IMG/VR virus record: IMGVR_UViG_2868238732_000001
Coordinates: 1 to 48,912 of that record
DNA length: 48,912 bases
Strand: one strand, 5' to 3'
Source: a virus
Of this stretch, positions 20,501 through 28,919 are shown one piece after another (the first letter of the stretch is position 1; the number at the start of each line of letters is the position of its first letter). The notes beneath the pieces were generated by a model. The model worked only from the letters and a program-made list of their open reading frames with translations. It was not told where the DNA came from and did no database searches. The translations under genes were made by a program, and so were the position numbers.

Positions 20501-23500
20501 TTACTCCTGAATTTACTCTAACATCTGAGTTTGAACCACTAATAGAGCCCGAGGAACCACTTGCTTTAGCATTATTTGCTTTTACATTTGCTCTATTTGC
20601 TACATTTGCAAGGTTTTCTAAGGATTTGGCATTTGCAGTATTAGTGACAATATACTTTCCAGTTACTGACTCTTCTTGTTTTAGTAATGCTATTTTTGCT
20701 TCTATCCCTTTTCGATATTTTGCAGAATGTTCTTCCATTTTGCCCATGCTAATATCTTGTTGTTTTAGTTGATTGTTAAGGGATTTGAGAACTATCTCCT
20801 GGTCTTTAATTGCGTTATTCGCTTCTTTTGTGGCTTGAGTTAATCGCTTCTGTTCGGCAATTGCTTGTTTTTCTGCTTCTGTTAACTCTTTTGTAGCAGA
20901 TGTATCTTTCTTAACACCCAATGTGTTGTCATTCAATACACTTGTTAATCCCTTAATTTTATCTTGAATTAATCCATATGCATTTATGGCATCTATATCT
21001 GATTGCTTTTTCTTTGTACTTTCCGCATTATCAACCGGGCCTTGTACACCTTCAGGTAATGAATAAATCTCAATCTTACTAGCTTCTAATTTAGCACTTG
21101 CTACGTCTTTAATTGCTGTTATTAAGACACCATAAGATTTTAGTTGACTTGCTACCCCATTAAGGGTATTCAATGCGTTCGTTTTCTCTGATTCCATTGT
21201 GGTCTTCATTGCGTCAATACTAGCTTGACGTACATCTTTTAATGCGGATACCTGTATAGTATAAGCCCCTGCACTTCCTTCTACTTTATCTGTAAGCTGT
21301 GGATATTTTAGTATCAAATCTGACATTTCTTCTGTACTCAAGGTATTTCCTTTAGACATTTCTGATATTACTGAATTTAGATTCCCAACAGAGGTTTGAG
21401 TTTCTTTAAATGCATCATCTAAGTCTTTCATTTTTATTTTAAATGCTTCTGAACTGAAACTAGCTGTAGATGCTATTTCACCAGCTTTAGCCATATTATT
21501 TATTACTTCTGTCAATATTTTATTGAACAACTCATATTCTGCCGTTGGCATTGAGGACTTTTGCCCTTTAAATAAAGACTCTATAGCAGATTTTTGTTTG
21601 GCTATTTCTTCAGGAGTATGACTTGCTTTCTTATTGAATTCTTCTACTGATGCAGAGAATTTCTTAAACACATCTTCTTTCCCTAACTCTACTAGAGAGT
21701 TTGAATAGTTTATGATTTTATCTTTGTTAACGTCCTTCGATTCTCCCATTTTGTCAAAAGCGTTAATTACTTCTGTTGCAACTTTACCTGTGATTCCAGC
21801 AGCAAGAACTCCATCCTCAGCTAGTTTTTTAAACCATGCAGAATAGACAGAGACAATTTCTTTTGATTTAGTCATGCTATTATAAGCTTCATCCCTTGTT
21901 TTATTAGCTTCTTCTAGTACAAAAGTATTTATGTTTGTAAGATCTTGTTTTAAAAGTTCACCTTTAGCTCCCATTTGAGCAATATACTCTGCTTTCTTAA
22001 TAGCATATGCTTTGTCGTAAGCTTCTCCTACTCCTTTAGCTACTTGTGAGGCATTATCGTAGATGCTCTTTTGACTTAAGGCATTGTTCTTTGACTTATC
22101 ATAGTTTCCAACTGCGTCTTTAATAGATTTTTTTGTAGATGCTTTATCTAATTCTGCGTTATTTTTCTTCATAGCTTCTGTCTGAGCATCTATAGATAAT
22201 GTTTGGTCTTTTATTATTGAAGAAGAGTCTGGCAATAACTTGTTTAACTCTTTTACGACTTCACCATATCGTTTTGTTTCTTCAGCAGTAAGACTAGTCT
22301 TTTTAGCTAACTCTGCGTGCTCATTTATTAAACCATCTATCGAACTAGTTTTATTATTTATAGAATCTAATGCCGATTGCATGTCTTGAACTGCATTTTT
22401 TTGAGCTTGAACATGTTTAACTATTGCAGTAATTGCAAATGTTATAACAAGAACTCCTGCTAACATTGCTGCTTTCATAGCCCAAGCGCCAATTGTTACA
22501 GCCTTCTGAGAAGCATTAAGAGCTTCGTTTGAAGCAGTTTGACCTGCTGTACTTGCAGTAGATACATTTAAACTCGAGCTCGTTTGAGCTATCACTAGAT
22601 TGTATTGTTCTTGTGTAATAATTTTTTCTTTTAATAAAATATCTGCTTGTGCTTGTGTCATAGTTCCGGCATTAACTTGACTTTGCAATCCTGCTTCGTA
22701 AACTGAACGTCGTCTTAAGGCTAAATTATATTCTTCTGATGTTATTATGCCTGACGCTTGTTGCGCTTGTAATTCTTTTTCTGTAAACATGCGTTGTAAT
22801 AGTTCAGCTTTTCTCCCTTGTTCAGATAAAGTTCCTGCTGTAACTTGTGAAGTAAGACTAGCTTCTAATGCTATTCCACTTGTAAGACTAGCTTGGAGCC
22901 CAGTTTGAGCAGCACTAAGGACATTTGTGCTCGTAGAAGCTAATCCTAGTTTTGTTCCGACCACTTGTAATATTCCAGCAGATTCTGTTGCTGTTATGCT
23001 TCCAGAAGCAACCTGAGCAGCTAAACTTGCAGACGCTGCTTGATAAGCTTTTGCCGCAGTTGTAGATTTACTATATCCTCCTACAAGAGCAGAAAAACTG
23101 TTAATCCCTGTTTTATCTAATATCTGAGTAAAATTTAACCCGGTAACTATTTTATTTAAAGAAGAAAGTGATTTAACTGCAACTCCAACTTCAAGTAATG
23201 TAAATAAGAATTTTTTCATTCCTGGATCTGCTTTAGCAAGAGCTTGAGTAATTGAGGTAGTTCCATCAACTATACCCTTTAATGATGTCATGAGACCTGC
23301 TTCGCCAATACTTAGGTAAAGTTCTTTAATAGAAGATTTGAAAACTTCTAATTGCTTTGCGTAAGTGTTCATAGCTTTTTCGTTTTCTTTTGCACTATAT
23401 CCTACGGAGTCAGCACTTTCTTTAGCTATTGCGTCTATTTGATCCCAACCTTTTGCTAATACCGAGATGTCATTTTTTCTCCAGGCGCCGCCAATCGAGT

Positions 23501-25634
23501 CAAGTATATCATTTGAAGACTTTGTACCTTCTCCAAAATTATCTAATGCTGAATTTACACCTGTCATTATCTCTTTAAAGCTATTAAAATGCTCGGCATC
23601 TTTCATTATTGAAATACCATAACTCTCCAATACCTTTATTGTCTCAGGTCTTAAAAGTCTTGTTTCCATTGTCTTGATAGCATTACCTACCTCAGAACCA
23701 CTTTTTTGCGTAGCTTCACCGATGACAACAGTTATAGCGTTCAAGTTATTGAGGTCGATTCCTAGTGCTTTTGAGCTACTTCCAGCCCTCTGCATTGCCT
23801 CAGCCATGTCATTTGACTTTACAGCATATTTATCACCTAGTTTATTCCAACCATCGATAATCTTTTCTGAATCTTGAAAGCTCATCCCTAATTGCTTGAC
23901 AGCACTTACCAAGTACCCAGTCATTTCTGTCGCAGATGTTATCTCCGTAGTATTTAATCCTAGCATTACGCTCTTAGACATACCTGTTAAATCTGATTTA
24001 TTGTTTACTCCGGCACGAGCCAGTTCAGTCATCGCATTTTGTACCTCTTTGAGAGGTTGACCAAACTCCTTAGAATACGCTACTGCTTGTTTCCCATATG
24101 CTTTTAGGTCGTTATTCGTAACATTATCTAGGGTTCTTGATAAGTCCATTAACGATTGTTCGTAATTCGTATTAGTAGTGATTAGCTCTTTTATGCTATT
24201 TCTGAGAATATAAATATTCGCAGCGGCAAAACTATATGCGGCAGAAATTTTTACACGATCCATAAGCCCGTTAGAATAGTCCCCTGACCCCATAGCTAAT
24301 TGCTTCTCTCCGCTAATCTTTGAAAGTTGAGTACTCATTTTTGAATATTCTTGGCTATTTGCTTTCTCTTGAGTATATAGTTTTAATGCCGACAATGATT
24401 GTCTCTCATTTGCAGCTATAATTTTAGCAGTGGCGTCTTGTCTAGCTTTAACTTCTTGGTCAATAGCAGTTTGAACTCTTTTAGCTTCATCGGTGTATTT
24501 TTTAGCTTGAGTGGTTGCTTGGTTACGTGCATTTCCCTCTAATCCAAGTCCTGAAACTAAAGCAGTTGTTCTACTTGCAAGAGCATTCAAATCGGATATT
24601 CTAGCTTTCTCTGATGAGTTTAAAGTTAAGTATGACTGATTAATGCCATCCAATTGAGATTTATATCCTGCATTATATTGAGTAGTGTTTTTACCACTAT
24701 TCTTATTTTGAGCTTCATTTTTTCTATTTTCTGCTGCAACCTGTGTATTTATCTCTGCTGTGTATCTTGCTTGCATCCCAGTTAATTTATTTACATCTGT
24801 AGTATTGAGTGCGTATTTTTTTCTAACATCTTCTAGCATGGTGCTTAATATTTTTAAGTTAGAAACAGAAGTGGCATTCTCTCTTTTCATTTCATTGTAC
24901 ATAGTCTGAACAGTAGCTATCTCATTTTTAGGAACAATATCTTGAGTAGTTGTCGATTTAGGATTACTCAAAGTATTTATTTTATTTGTAAATTTAGCTT
25001 GTTCAGTCCACAAAGCCTTAGCTTCGGCAGCAGTAAGTTTGTAGGATTGTTGTATTTTCGTTAATTCTGATTTTAATGTTTTTATTCCATTTATACTTAA
25101 AGTGTTAGTTGCTTCCATTTTTTTATATTCTGTGCTAACTTTTGCAATAGAATCAGCATAGGCAAGTGTTCTTTCTTTTGCTGAGTTATCAATCACGGTA
25201 GCAGAACTATGTTTTTCTGTCCCATCTGCTAATATCTTTTTAACCTTTTCTATTGCTTTTCCATTTTCATTTATTGCATTTGTTTTTTCTTTCCAAACCC
25301 TTAATTCACTAGTGCCGTCTTCATTCTTAAACTCTTTCTTGTATTCTGTGACCTTCTGAATAACAGTACCATAGGATACTCCTAAGTCCTTTAAGGCCTT
25401 CTCCATCTGTTTAAAAATAGCTGTGTCGAATGACTTACCAGAGGCATCTTTTAATTTTTTAAATTCACCCTCAAGTTGGCGCAGAATTGCAATAGACTCT
25501 TTCCCACTGTTTACATCTACAGCATTTACCTTTATTTCAGTTAGCCCCTTAAGTATTGTATTGGCTTGGGTTACATCTTTACGTAAAGTATCTAAGTTTA
25601 AGGACAATTGTCCTATTAATTTTTTGTTATCCAT
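14562..25634 (-). CDS. Tail tape measure protein (3690 aa) with embedded glucosaminidase (GH73-like) domain
   Basis: TP901-like TMP core (ELARAG, D.WNKLGDKYAV, VGNAIKTM), long coiled coils, GIDPAFLSAITMHETGRG..NNVGGM; position after tail chaperones. Confidence 0.92.
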   Translation of the reverse strand: MDNKKLIGQLSLNLDTLRKDVTQANTILKGLTEIKVNAVDVNSGKESIAILRQLEGEFKKLKDASGKSFDTAIFKQMEKALKDLGVSYGTVIQKVTEYKKEFKNEDGTSELRVWKEKTNAINENGKAIEKVKKILADGTEKHSSATVIDNSAKERTLAYADSIAKVSTEYKKMEATNTLSINGIKTLKSELTKIQQSYKLTAAEAKALWTEQAKFTNKINTLSNPKSTTTQDIVPKNEIATVQTMYNEMKRENATSVSNLKILSTMLEDVRKKYALNTTDVNKLTGMQARYTAEINTQVAAENRKNEAQNKNSGKNTTQYNAGYKSQLDGINQSYLTLNSSEKARISDLNALASRTTALVSGLGLEGNARNQATTQAKKYTDEAKRVQTAIDQEVKARQDATAKIIAANERQSLSALKLYTQEKANSQEYSKMSTQLSKISGEKQLAMGSGDYSNGLMDRVKISAAYSFAAANIYILRNSIKELITTNTNYEQSLMDLSRTLDNVTNNDLKAYGKQAVAYSKEFGQPLKEVQNAMTELARAGVNNKSDLTGMSKSVMLGLNTTEITSATEMTGYLVSAVKQLGMSFQDSEKIIDGWNKLGDKYAVKSNDMAEAMQRAGSSSKALGIDLNNLNAITVVIGEATQKSGSEVGNAIKTMETRLLRPETIKVLESYGISIMKDAEHFNSFKEIMTGVNSALDNFGEGTKSSNDILDSIGGAWRKNDISVLAKGWDQIDAIAKESADSVGYSAKENEKAMNTYAKQLEVFKSSIKELYLSIGEAGLMTSLKGIVDGTTSITQALAKADPGMKKFLFTLLEVGVAVKSLSSLNKIVTGLNFTQILDKTGINSFSALVGGYSKSTTAAKAYQAASASLAAQVASGSITATESAGILQVVGTKLGLASTSTNVLSAAQTGLQASLTSGIALEASLTSQVTAGTLSEQGRKAELLQRMFTEKELQAQQASGIITSEEYNLALRRRSVYEAGLQSQVNAGTMTQAQADILLKEKIITQEQYNLVIAQTSSSLNVSTASTAGQTASNEALNASQKAVTIGAWAMKAAMLAGVLVITFAITAIVKHVQAQKNAVQDMQSALDSINNKTSSIDGLINEHAELAKKTSLTAEETKRYGEVVKELNKLLPDSSSIIKDQTLSIDAQTEAMKKNNAELDKASTKKSIKDAVGNYDKSKNNALSQKSIYDNASQVAKGVGEAYDKAYAIKKAEYIAQMGAKGELLKQDLTNINTFVLEEANKTRDEAYNSMTKSKEIVSVYSAWFKKLAEDGVLAAGITGKVATEVINAFDKMGESKDVNKDKIINYSNSLVELGKEDVFKKFSASVEEFNKKASHTPEEIAKQKSAIESLFKGQKSSMPTAEYELFNKILTEVINNMAKAGEIASTASFSSEAFKIKMKDLDDAFKETQTSVGNLNSVISEMSKGNTLSTEEMSDLILKYPQLTDKVEGSAGAYTIQVSALKDVRQASIDAMKTTMESEKTNALNTLNGVASQLKSYGVLITAIKDVASAKLEASKIEIYSLPEGVQGPVDNAESTKKKQSDIDAINAYGLIQDKIKGLTSVLNDNTLGVKKDTSATKELTEAEKQAIAEQKRLTQATKEANNAIKDQEIVLKSLNNQLKQQDISMGKMEEHSAKYRKGIEAKIALLKQEESVTGKYIVTNTANAKSLENLANVANRANVKANNAKASGSSGSISGSNSDVRVNSGVTASQLNAKLQGTLAGHGADYISAGKQYGIDPAFLSAITMHETGRGTNAGSREKNNVGGMMKTSNVQMSFSSIEAGINAMAKLLAGSTYIKGGAVTPSAIQNIYCEVGADNDAGFNKDWLGGVTDFWKEFGGGGFTGGKSQIMSATGESNLDSGADSLLSKVEGFKDRLIDIKQEIDKLKIEKINNELGEKDDAIKNYEQYTTLNEAKSKQFEIGSKEYITAKKDELDAMRNKYIVITQKQELLNTSIKKGGFDERTTTGMKSQLADLNVQYLGIYNEIRDKIKETYTTAFEENDKLLVKFQDDAKKVDDSISLLGIIDNPEERQKQLDFMQTKKVINLSELRDITAETNKYNEELKTINKTTTEGQIRVKSITDRLKELGNKQIDVEVKLIADEESMKAIRIDSIGKEEERSLKPIEIKIKDIDNAEKMLNNNDMAAKTGLKVQKMTALSSQLDILTDSYRKLSDEIKSHNTGSEEDQNKLDTAKSKIVDMIQTLKESIASLESLKMDIILKPFENQLYKLNLDLERYNFLIKATENSNMATRVNLSTQALMNNKQQMTSLMVEAKKLTTMEMPKQEAYDKWKTNLESVKGKLISTAQAQIDLNKQIANMKVDTLITKLNKPEQQIDNVVSQIDMKLSMGDKNMGNLINTAFDNTQTVEESIDSTISQTNETVGIIDDTLKTSINSMDTIDMSVQDVTSQINESTNAISNLLNSINSSIDGLKSTIGSSMTQTGHTGTALAGSSSDPTSVNGIFKGAQIGDKYYTQSQLSDPKMLTEITGEIVKGGKIVEHFENGTNGTTEDEPAVVGDGKKDSNGSSRELAVLPSGETKIIGEKGWTLQHLPKGTKVIPHEETEKILRQGGITNHFAKGIGDIRHYANGTGMEYGNSYRTKEGYDVIEVKENNQKGTILKDSVFDKDSKNYNETVANSNGKISLGDLDHSSSNGMSDAYNSGKGTNSDYQKSQRDREESSNSPIRHVFNDDVASNSSNSNSISQETTVLNTLTKQRDVLKEKVSLAKDSNELYKQSIDLQSTQALIALKNIESLKTQRDENSNNKEIYDKITKEIDAQYKIIERTEKALKDLGKNRIDSMLTNADLKIKDITDSIKVMGKIDTENEMETNYQGLSNIFTNLNSQIKTLVDEETKINPELLNLENIKIAGTLTDEQKLRLIELHAEMDEIKSKKVDVTVEINSNIEAQIQSYNDYFSEMNKNVQDKISLVGSIDTEADKDKLMKYTKEISDALEFQRLILYAKVKAQEDILNSSTSTLSEKDTARKAKELLVTNQMQNEIDIVKNADDQHQQALDKINRRISEMDKALKLVDETSEDLQKKLTFIKDWNQTDYSSITSLQQSLYDNSLKKHDLSIKESQQIMKLRDNVKVGSEQWNVYNDKLKEVNNTTEDSIMQMQNQQKELLKTNFYKAYKNIESKIFDGSTSETEKEKLDAKAKYQGMYIEGEEKALAIDKLRTSLNSDIRNSVSETAKVQLNAQLIQLNLLEKQDKLTRVDYERFQKKLEIIKIEQQIENAKSQKIIQQLTQKSDGSYDWEYVADQDKIDSLNEDLKQKQVDMITWERDQELKKQQDDLSTKNDYLTELQKILDKAQNGQYKSQTDFQRALDALNAKFKMSGTDFDNNMNDIVNSYTVFTTNMVSLSSKLSEAITNSAKAIQDAVTTLQSAVDKLNTDSAKKISEVEEKPNNNNPAENTGSHSLSQSQLEGALAWNNNSSNNSTAYVDSTDGGLMYHLKTDTDVNPNYVLVTQDYINSINFRKKATKEQLESALAINNNVNSLSSAFMTTDGSIMYHLRSDNANIDPSYTLIDQAYVDANTASLITGGMTPSNIDDGAMAVLHSDEIINNPLQTKELLNTSSNLLALKNYMPSALKTIDTPRLSTKDVLPNYVLPPIHLPNNLSNSIKEVVDKINTNGVNNNSNNQPPQVINHYTIKELSVPNALTDIADLITMFDTLPEVTVQNINNMSVREAL

Positions 25635-25662
25635 TATTATCTACTCCTTTCGATTTTAAAAT

Positions 25663-25690
25663 AAAAAAGAGTAGATAAATTCTACTCTTA
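25663..25690 (-). terminator. Terminator-like hairpin in the tape measure leader
   Basis: Minus strand AAGAGTAGA-ATTTA-TCTACTCTT-TTTT. Confidence 0.7.
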
Positions 25691-25695
25691 GACTG

Positions 25696-25717
25696 TAACA
25701 TTATTGTTTAATTGTTA
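25696..25717 (-). promoter_or_regulatory. Phage motif copy 2 (before tape measure)
   Basis: TAACAATTAAACAATAATGTTA. Confidence 0.75.
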
Positions 25718-25736
25718 AATTTATTTTTGAACATAG

Positions 25737-25765
25737 AAAAAGAACGAATTATAAAAATCCGTTCT
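25737..25765 (-). terminator. Terminator of the lipoprotein moron
   Basis: Minus strand AGAACGGATT...AATTCGTTCT-TTTT. Confidence 0.7.
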
Positions 25766-25776
25766 ATCAAATAACT

Positions 25777-26187
25777 TTATTTATATAAATCTAAGAGCAC
25801 CTGAATGTCTTCTTTTAACTTAGATTTAGTTTTTTCAGTAGGCTCATCATATTCAAGTATAAAATCCCCAAAAACCTTAGATGACTTACTTAATAGTAGC
25901 CTCTCTGTCTCATTTAAATTTGTTGAAGTTTTGTTATTTTCTAAACTTGACTTGAGAAATACATTCAAATCAGACTCTTCTAATTTATCTTTTTTATTAA
26001 ACAACTCAACATATTTTATAATTGTTTCATTAAAATTTTCAGCATATTTTTCACTAACTTTACTCTTGTACTCATCCTTTAACTCTGCATTCTTAGATAT
26101 TTTTAAAGTCTTACTATTGTTGCCACAACCAAACATCATAACTGATAACAACATAACCCCTATAATAATTATTATTTTCTTTCTCAT
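25777..26187 (-). CDS. Lipoprotein moron (true start 26187)
   Basis: AGGAGG RBS, then MRKKIIIIIGVMLLSVMMFGC lipoprotein signal peptide. Confidence 0.85.
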   Translation of the reverse strand: MRKKIIIIIGVMLLSVMMFGCGNNSKTLKISKNAELKDEYKSKVSEKYAENFNETIIKYVELFNKKDKLEESDLNVFLKSSLENNKTSTNLNETERLLLSKSSKVFGDFILEYDEPTEKTKSKLKEDIQVLLDLYK

Positions 26188-26221
26188 GTATTGTAGCCTC
26201 CTAAATGTTAACATTACATTT

Positions 26222-26249
26222 ATTATACAATACATGAGAAAAATAACAA
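26222..26249 (-). promoter_or_regulatory. Putative sigmaA promoter of the lipoprotein gene
   Basis: Minus strand TTGTTA-N16-TATAAT about 35 bp upstream of the start. Confidence 0.5.
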
Positions 26250-26327
26250 TAAACAATATATAAAATAAATATTTTATGAGATACGGTTAAAAAAAATAGG
26301 AAGAAACGAAGGTTTAAATCGTACTCC

Positions 26328-26630
26328 CTATTTTTGACCCATAAATTGCAATGCCATTTCCTTCGTCATTCTCTGTTTTTTATTTTGTTGCTTTTCAGAA
26401 TGATTAAATGGATTCGCCGAATTCACTATTTCTCCAGCATCTTGGGCATAACTATTCCCCAACACATTAACAATTCCATCAAAATTTAATTTTATTGCTA
26501 ATTCTTTTATACATTTTTTATATTCTGGATATTCAAATTCATTTAAATTCCAAGGAAGAATTCCGCAATGGACTGTAAGCATAGAACACCCTCTATCGAG
26601 AGTAATGCCTTCCTCTCCATTGCTTACTCG
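26328..26630 (-). CDS. Tail assembly chaperone, -1 frameshift extension (lambda gpT-like part)
   Basis: The -1 frame from the slippery site reads CGA GTA AGC...TCT ATG CTT, open and in frame with ORF 26328..26582. Confidence 0.8.
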   Translation of the reverse strand, partial: RVSNGEEGITLDRGCSMLTVHCGILPWNLNEFEYPEYKKCIKELAIKLNFDGIVNVLGNSYAQDAGEIVNSANPFNHSEKQQNKKQRMTKEMALQFMGQK

Positions 26631-26938
26631 TTTTTTACTTCTACTTCATCCTCAATTTCATTTAATCTTTTTGTAATTTCTATGATTTTTTTCATCGTTG
26701 GAGCATCTAAATTATCATATATTTCTTCATCAATTTCTTCCTTGTCGAGCACTGCTTTAAGCAACCCTAAGATTAATTCCTCGGCATCCATAAATGTTAA
26801 TAATTTTGCAAAACCATATTTTTTAACAGTCATATAATTTGCGTAAAAGCCCTGTTTCATGTATTTTATTTTTACTGGCTTTAGTAAAAAAGGTTTTTCA
26901 TTAATCAATATTTCATTTTCATTTTCCAATTCCTTCAC
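26624..26938 (-). CDS. Tail assembly chaperone (lambda gpG-like)
   Basis: Between major tail and tape measure genes; ends GTA AAA AAC GAG TAA. Confidence 0.8.
   Translation of the reverse strand: MKELENENEILINEKPFLLKPVKIKYMKQGFYANYMTVKKYGFAKLLTFMDAEELILGLLKAVLDKEEIDEEIYDNLDAPTMKKIIEITKRLNEIEDEVEVKNE
26630..26636 (-). other. -1 programmed ribosomal frameshift site A AAA AAC
   Basis: X XXY YYZ heptamer in correct phase; SD-like GAGGA 12 nt upstream. Confidence 0.85.
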
Positions 26939-26979
26939 TCCTCGTATTTAAAATTTATTAGGAGAGATATGTTCTCTCC

Positions 26980-27001
26980 TAATATTATTGTTAAATTGTT
27001 A
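26980..27001 (-). promoter_or_regulatory. Phage motif copy 3 (before tail chaperone)
   Basis: TAACAATTTAACAATAATATTA. Confidence 0.75.
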
Positions 27002-27769
27002 CGCTACAACTATTGGGATTATATTAAAATCCCATGCCTTTTTATCCGATCTTTTTGGATCTAAAGTTGAGAAATTTATATCAAATGCAGATGCTGATTT
27101 ATAAGAACCACCAATCTTTGAACTTTGATTAATCTTAGCTTTGAATAAGGTTAATTGCCCACTAGCCCAAATCGCTGATTCCACTTCCTCAGATTCATAT
27201 ATAGGCCACGTTAGTATAACTTCTCCACTTCCTGGAACGTCGGTTGTTTTTACTGACAATCCAGCAACAGTAGCTGCTGTCAATATTTTATAAGAAGGTT
27301 TCATTTCTGTACCTGTAGTAACATCTGTGAAGAATTGTACAGTTGATGTGTTAGAAGCAATTGTAACCTTAAATTGACCTGTAGCAACCACAGTGGTAAC
27401 TTCTGTAAAACCGTTAATTCTTACACTACCTACGATAACTGCTTCTGGAATTGTTATTGAATTTGTAGCATCAACAGCAAATACATCTCCATATTTACTA
27501 AATTCCTTAGCACCAATAGTAACAGTTCCACCGCTGGTCATTTCCATTTGATTTAATGAAAATTCAGCATTTGTAATTTTTACATCAATCTTAGTCGACT
27601 TTGGTATTTCTGCAAGAGCAAGAAAGCCTTGGCCACCAGTAATTGATATGTTGTCTCCTGAAAATGATACTTCCCCTGATGTAGATTTGTCAATTATTAG
27701 GTCTTTTTTCTTTGTTTTGATTAATGCATTAGGTGTATCAATTATAAATCCTAGTTGATCTTTTGCCAT
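26999..27769 (-). CDS. Major tail (tube) protein
   Basis: Beta-rich 256-aa protein just upstream of the chaperone pair. Confidence 0.75.
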   Translation of the reverse strand: MAKDQLGFIIDTPNALIKTKKKDLIIDKSTSGEVSFSGDNISITGGQGFLALAEIPKSTKIDVKITNAEFSLNQMEMTSGGTVTIGAKEFSKYGDVFAVDATNSITIPEAVIVGSVRINGFTEVTTVVATGQFKVTIASNTSTVQFFTDVTTGTEMKPSYKILTAATVAGLSVKTTDVPGSGEVILTWPIYESEEVESAIWASGQLTLFKAKINQSSKIGGSYKSASAFDINFSTLDPKRSDKKAWDFNIIPIVVA

Positions 27770-27825
27770 AATATATAATTCCTTCTTTCATTTATATGTA
27801 CAAAGTACAATGCCCTTTGTCATGG

Positions 27826-27847
27826 CAATATTATTGTTTAATTGTTA
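27826..27847 (-). promoter_or_regulatory. Phage motif copy 4 (before major tail)
   Basis: TAACAATTAAACAATAATATTG. Confidence 0.75.
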
Positions 27848-28324
27848 ACTATAAACTCTTTTGTAAGAAAACTGAATTATATGCCGACAGAACCCAACGG
27901 TACTACATGTTAATTCATGCCTTGCTTCTAACATCATTTTTCTATCATTTATTTTTTTGTTATGGAAAAGCTTAATAATCCTATCTACAATTTGATTCGA
28001 TCTACGTTCAAATCCCGATATATTTTTTCTATCTAAATTACTTGTACCAATTGCATTAGGAACAAAAACTTCAATTGCTAACATATCTTCTTTTACATAT
28101 GGATTATTAGTGGGCGATTGAGGATTACTTGAGATTACTACACGACAAATTGGTGCTGTGGTAATAATTCCTTGTGTAACTCCTTCACAAAAATATTTAT
28201 CAATCATCAATGTGTTTTTTTGTTCTGCAATTGGTATTAGCATTAAATCTCTTAGTTCTTTAGAATTCATTAAAACCTTCATAAAACTTCCATAATCGGT
28301 AGCAACTCCACCCATTTCAATCAC
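27845..28324 (-). CDS. Tail terminator / head-tail joining protein (likely start MGGV)
   Basis: Position before major tail; size. Confidence 0.55.
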   Translation of the reverse strand: MIEMGGVATDYGSFMKVLMNSKELRDLMLIPIAEQKNTLMIDKYFCEGVTQGIITTAPICRVVISSNPQSPTNNPYVKEDMLAIEVFVPNAIGTSNLDRKNISGFERRSNQIVDRIIKLFHNKKINDRKMMLEARHELTCSTVGFCRHIIQFSYKRVYS

Positions 28325-28328
28325 CTCC

Positions 28329-28919
28329 TTAACTTACGATTAAATAGTTACTAAAATCTATCCTAGCAATTGCTCTTTCTATACCTTTATCGAAATATGT
28401 CTGTGCCATAATAGCAGAATTTCCAAATATGTTTGTCCAATATAAAGAACCTCGTTCTTCTAAGAATGGCAATGGCTCTCTATTTTCTGCATTACTTTGC
28501 TTCCAACTGTTTGAGTCAGGATCATAAATTTCTTCTCCTGGTAATGAATATATACTCATTCCATTTCTGCTGGAGTGATACCATTCAGATGATAGATACT
28601 CTTGTATCCAAGGGTTGTCAGTTGTATCAGCTTTTGATCCTGTCCCAAATTCCACAGCCATAGCTTTATATAAACTTGGGTCTGATTGGTCAAGTACGCC
28701 GATTTCTCTCATTAGTTGGCCACTTACGGCAACTGCTCTCCATCTCAAAGCATCTATGACATCCAACTTCCATTGTTCAAAAGATGGATTACTTGATGAA
28801 GACTGAGAGATTTCACCAATCATAAATTCAACTAGTACCTTGGCCACTAAGTCCATTTCAACATTAAGCTGTTTAATTACATCATTAATTAGTCTTTTTT
28901 CGTCAAATTGGATTTTCAT
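28329..28919 (-). CDS. Tail completion protein (HK97 gp10-like)
   Basis: AMAVEFGTG motif; neck module position. Confidence 0.6.
   Translation of the reverse strand: MKIQFDEKRLINDVIKQLNVEMDLVAKVLVEFMIGEISQSSSSNPSFEQWKLDVIDALRWRAVAVSGQLMREIGVLDQSDPSLYKAMAVEFGTGSKADTTDNPWIQEYLSSEWYHSSRNGMSIYSLPGEEIYDPDSNSWKQSNAENREPLPFLEERGSLYWTNIFGNSAIMAQTYFDKGIERAIARIDFSNYLIVS

Noticed and set aside
26244-26260. Plus-strand TAACAATAAACAATA as an inverted motif copy
   Set aside because: Spacer is one base short, tail is missing and orientation is wrong; better explained as the -35 region of the lipoprotein promoter
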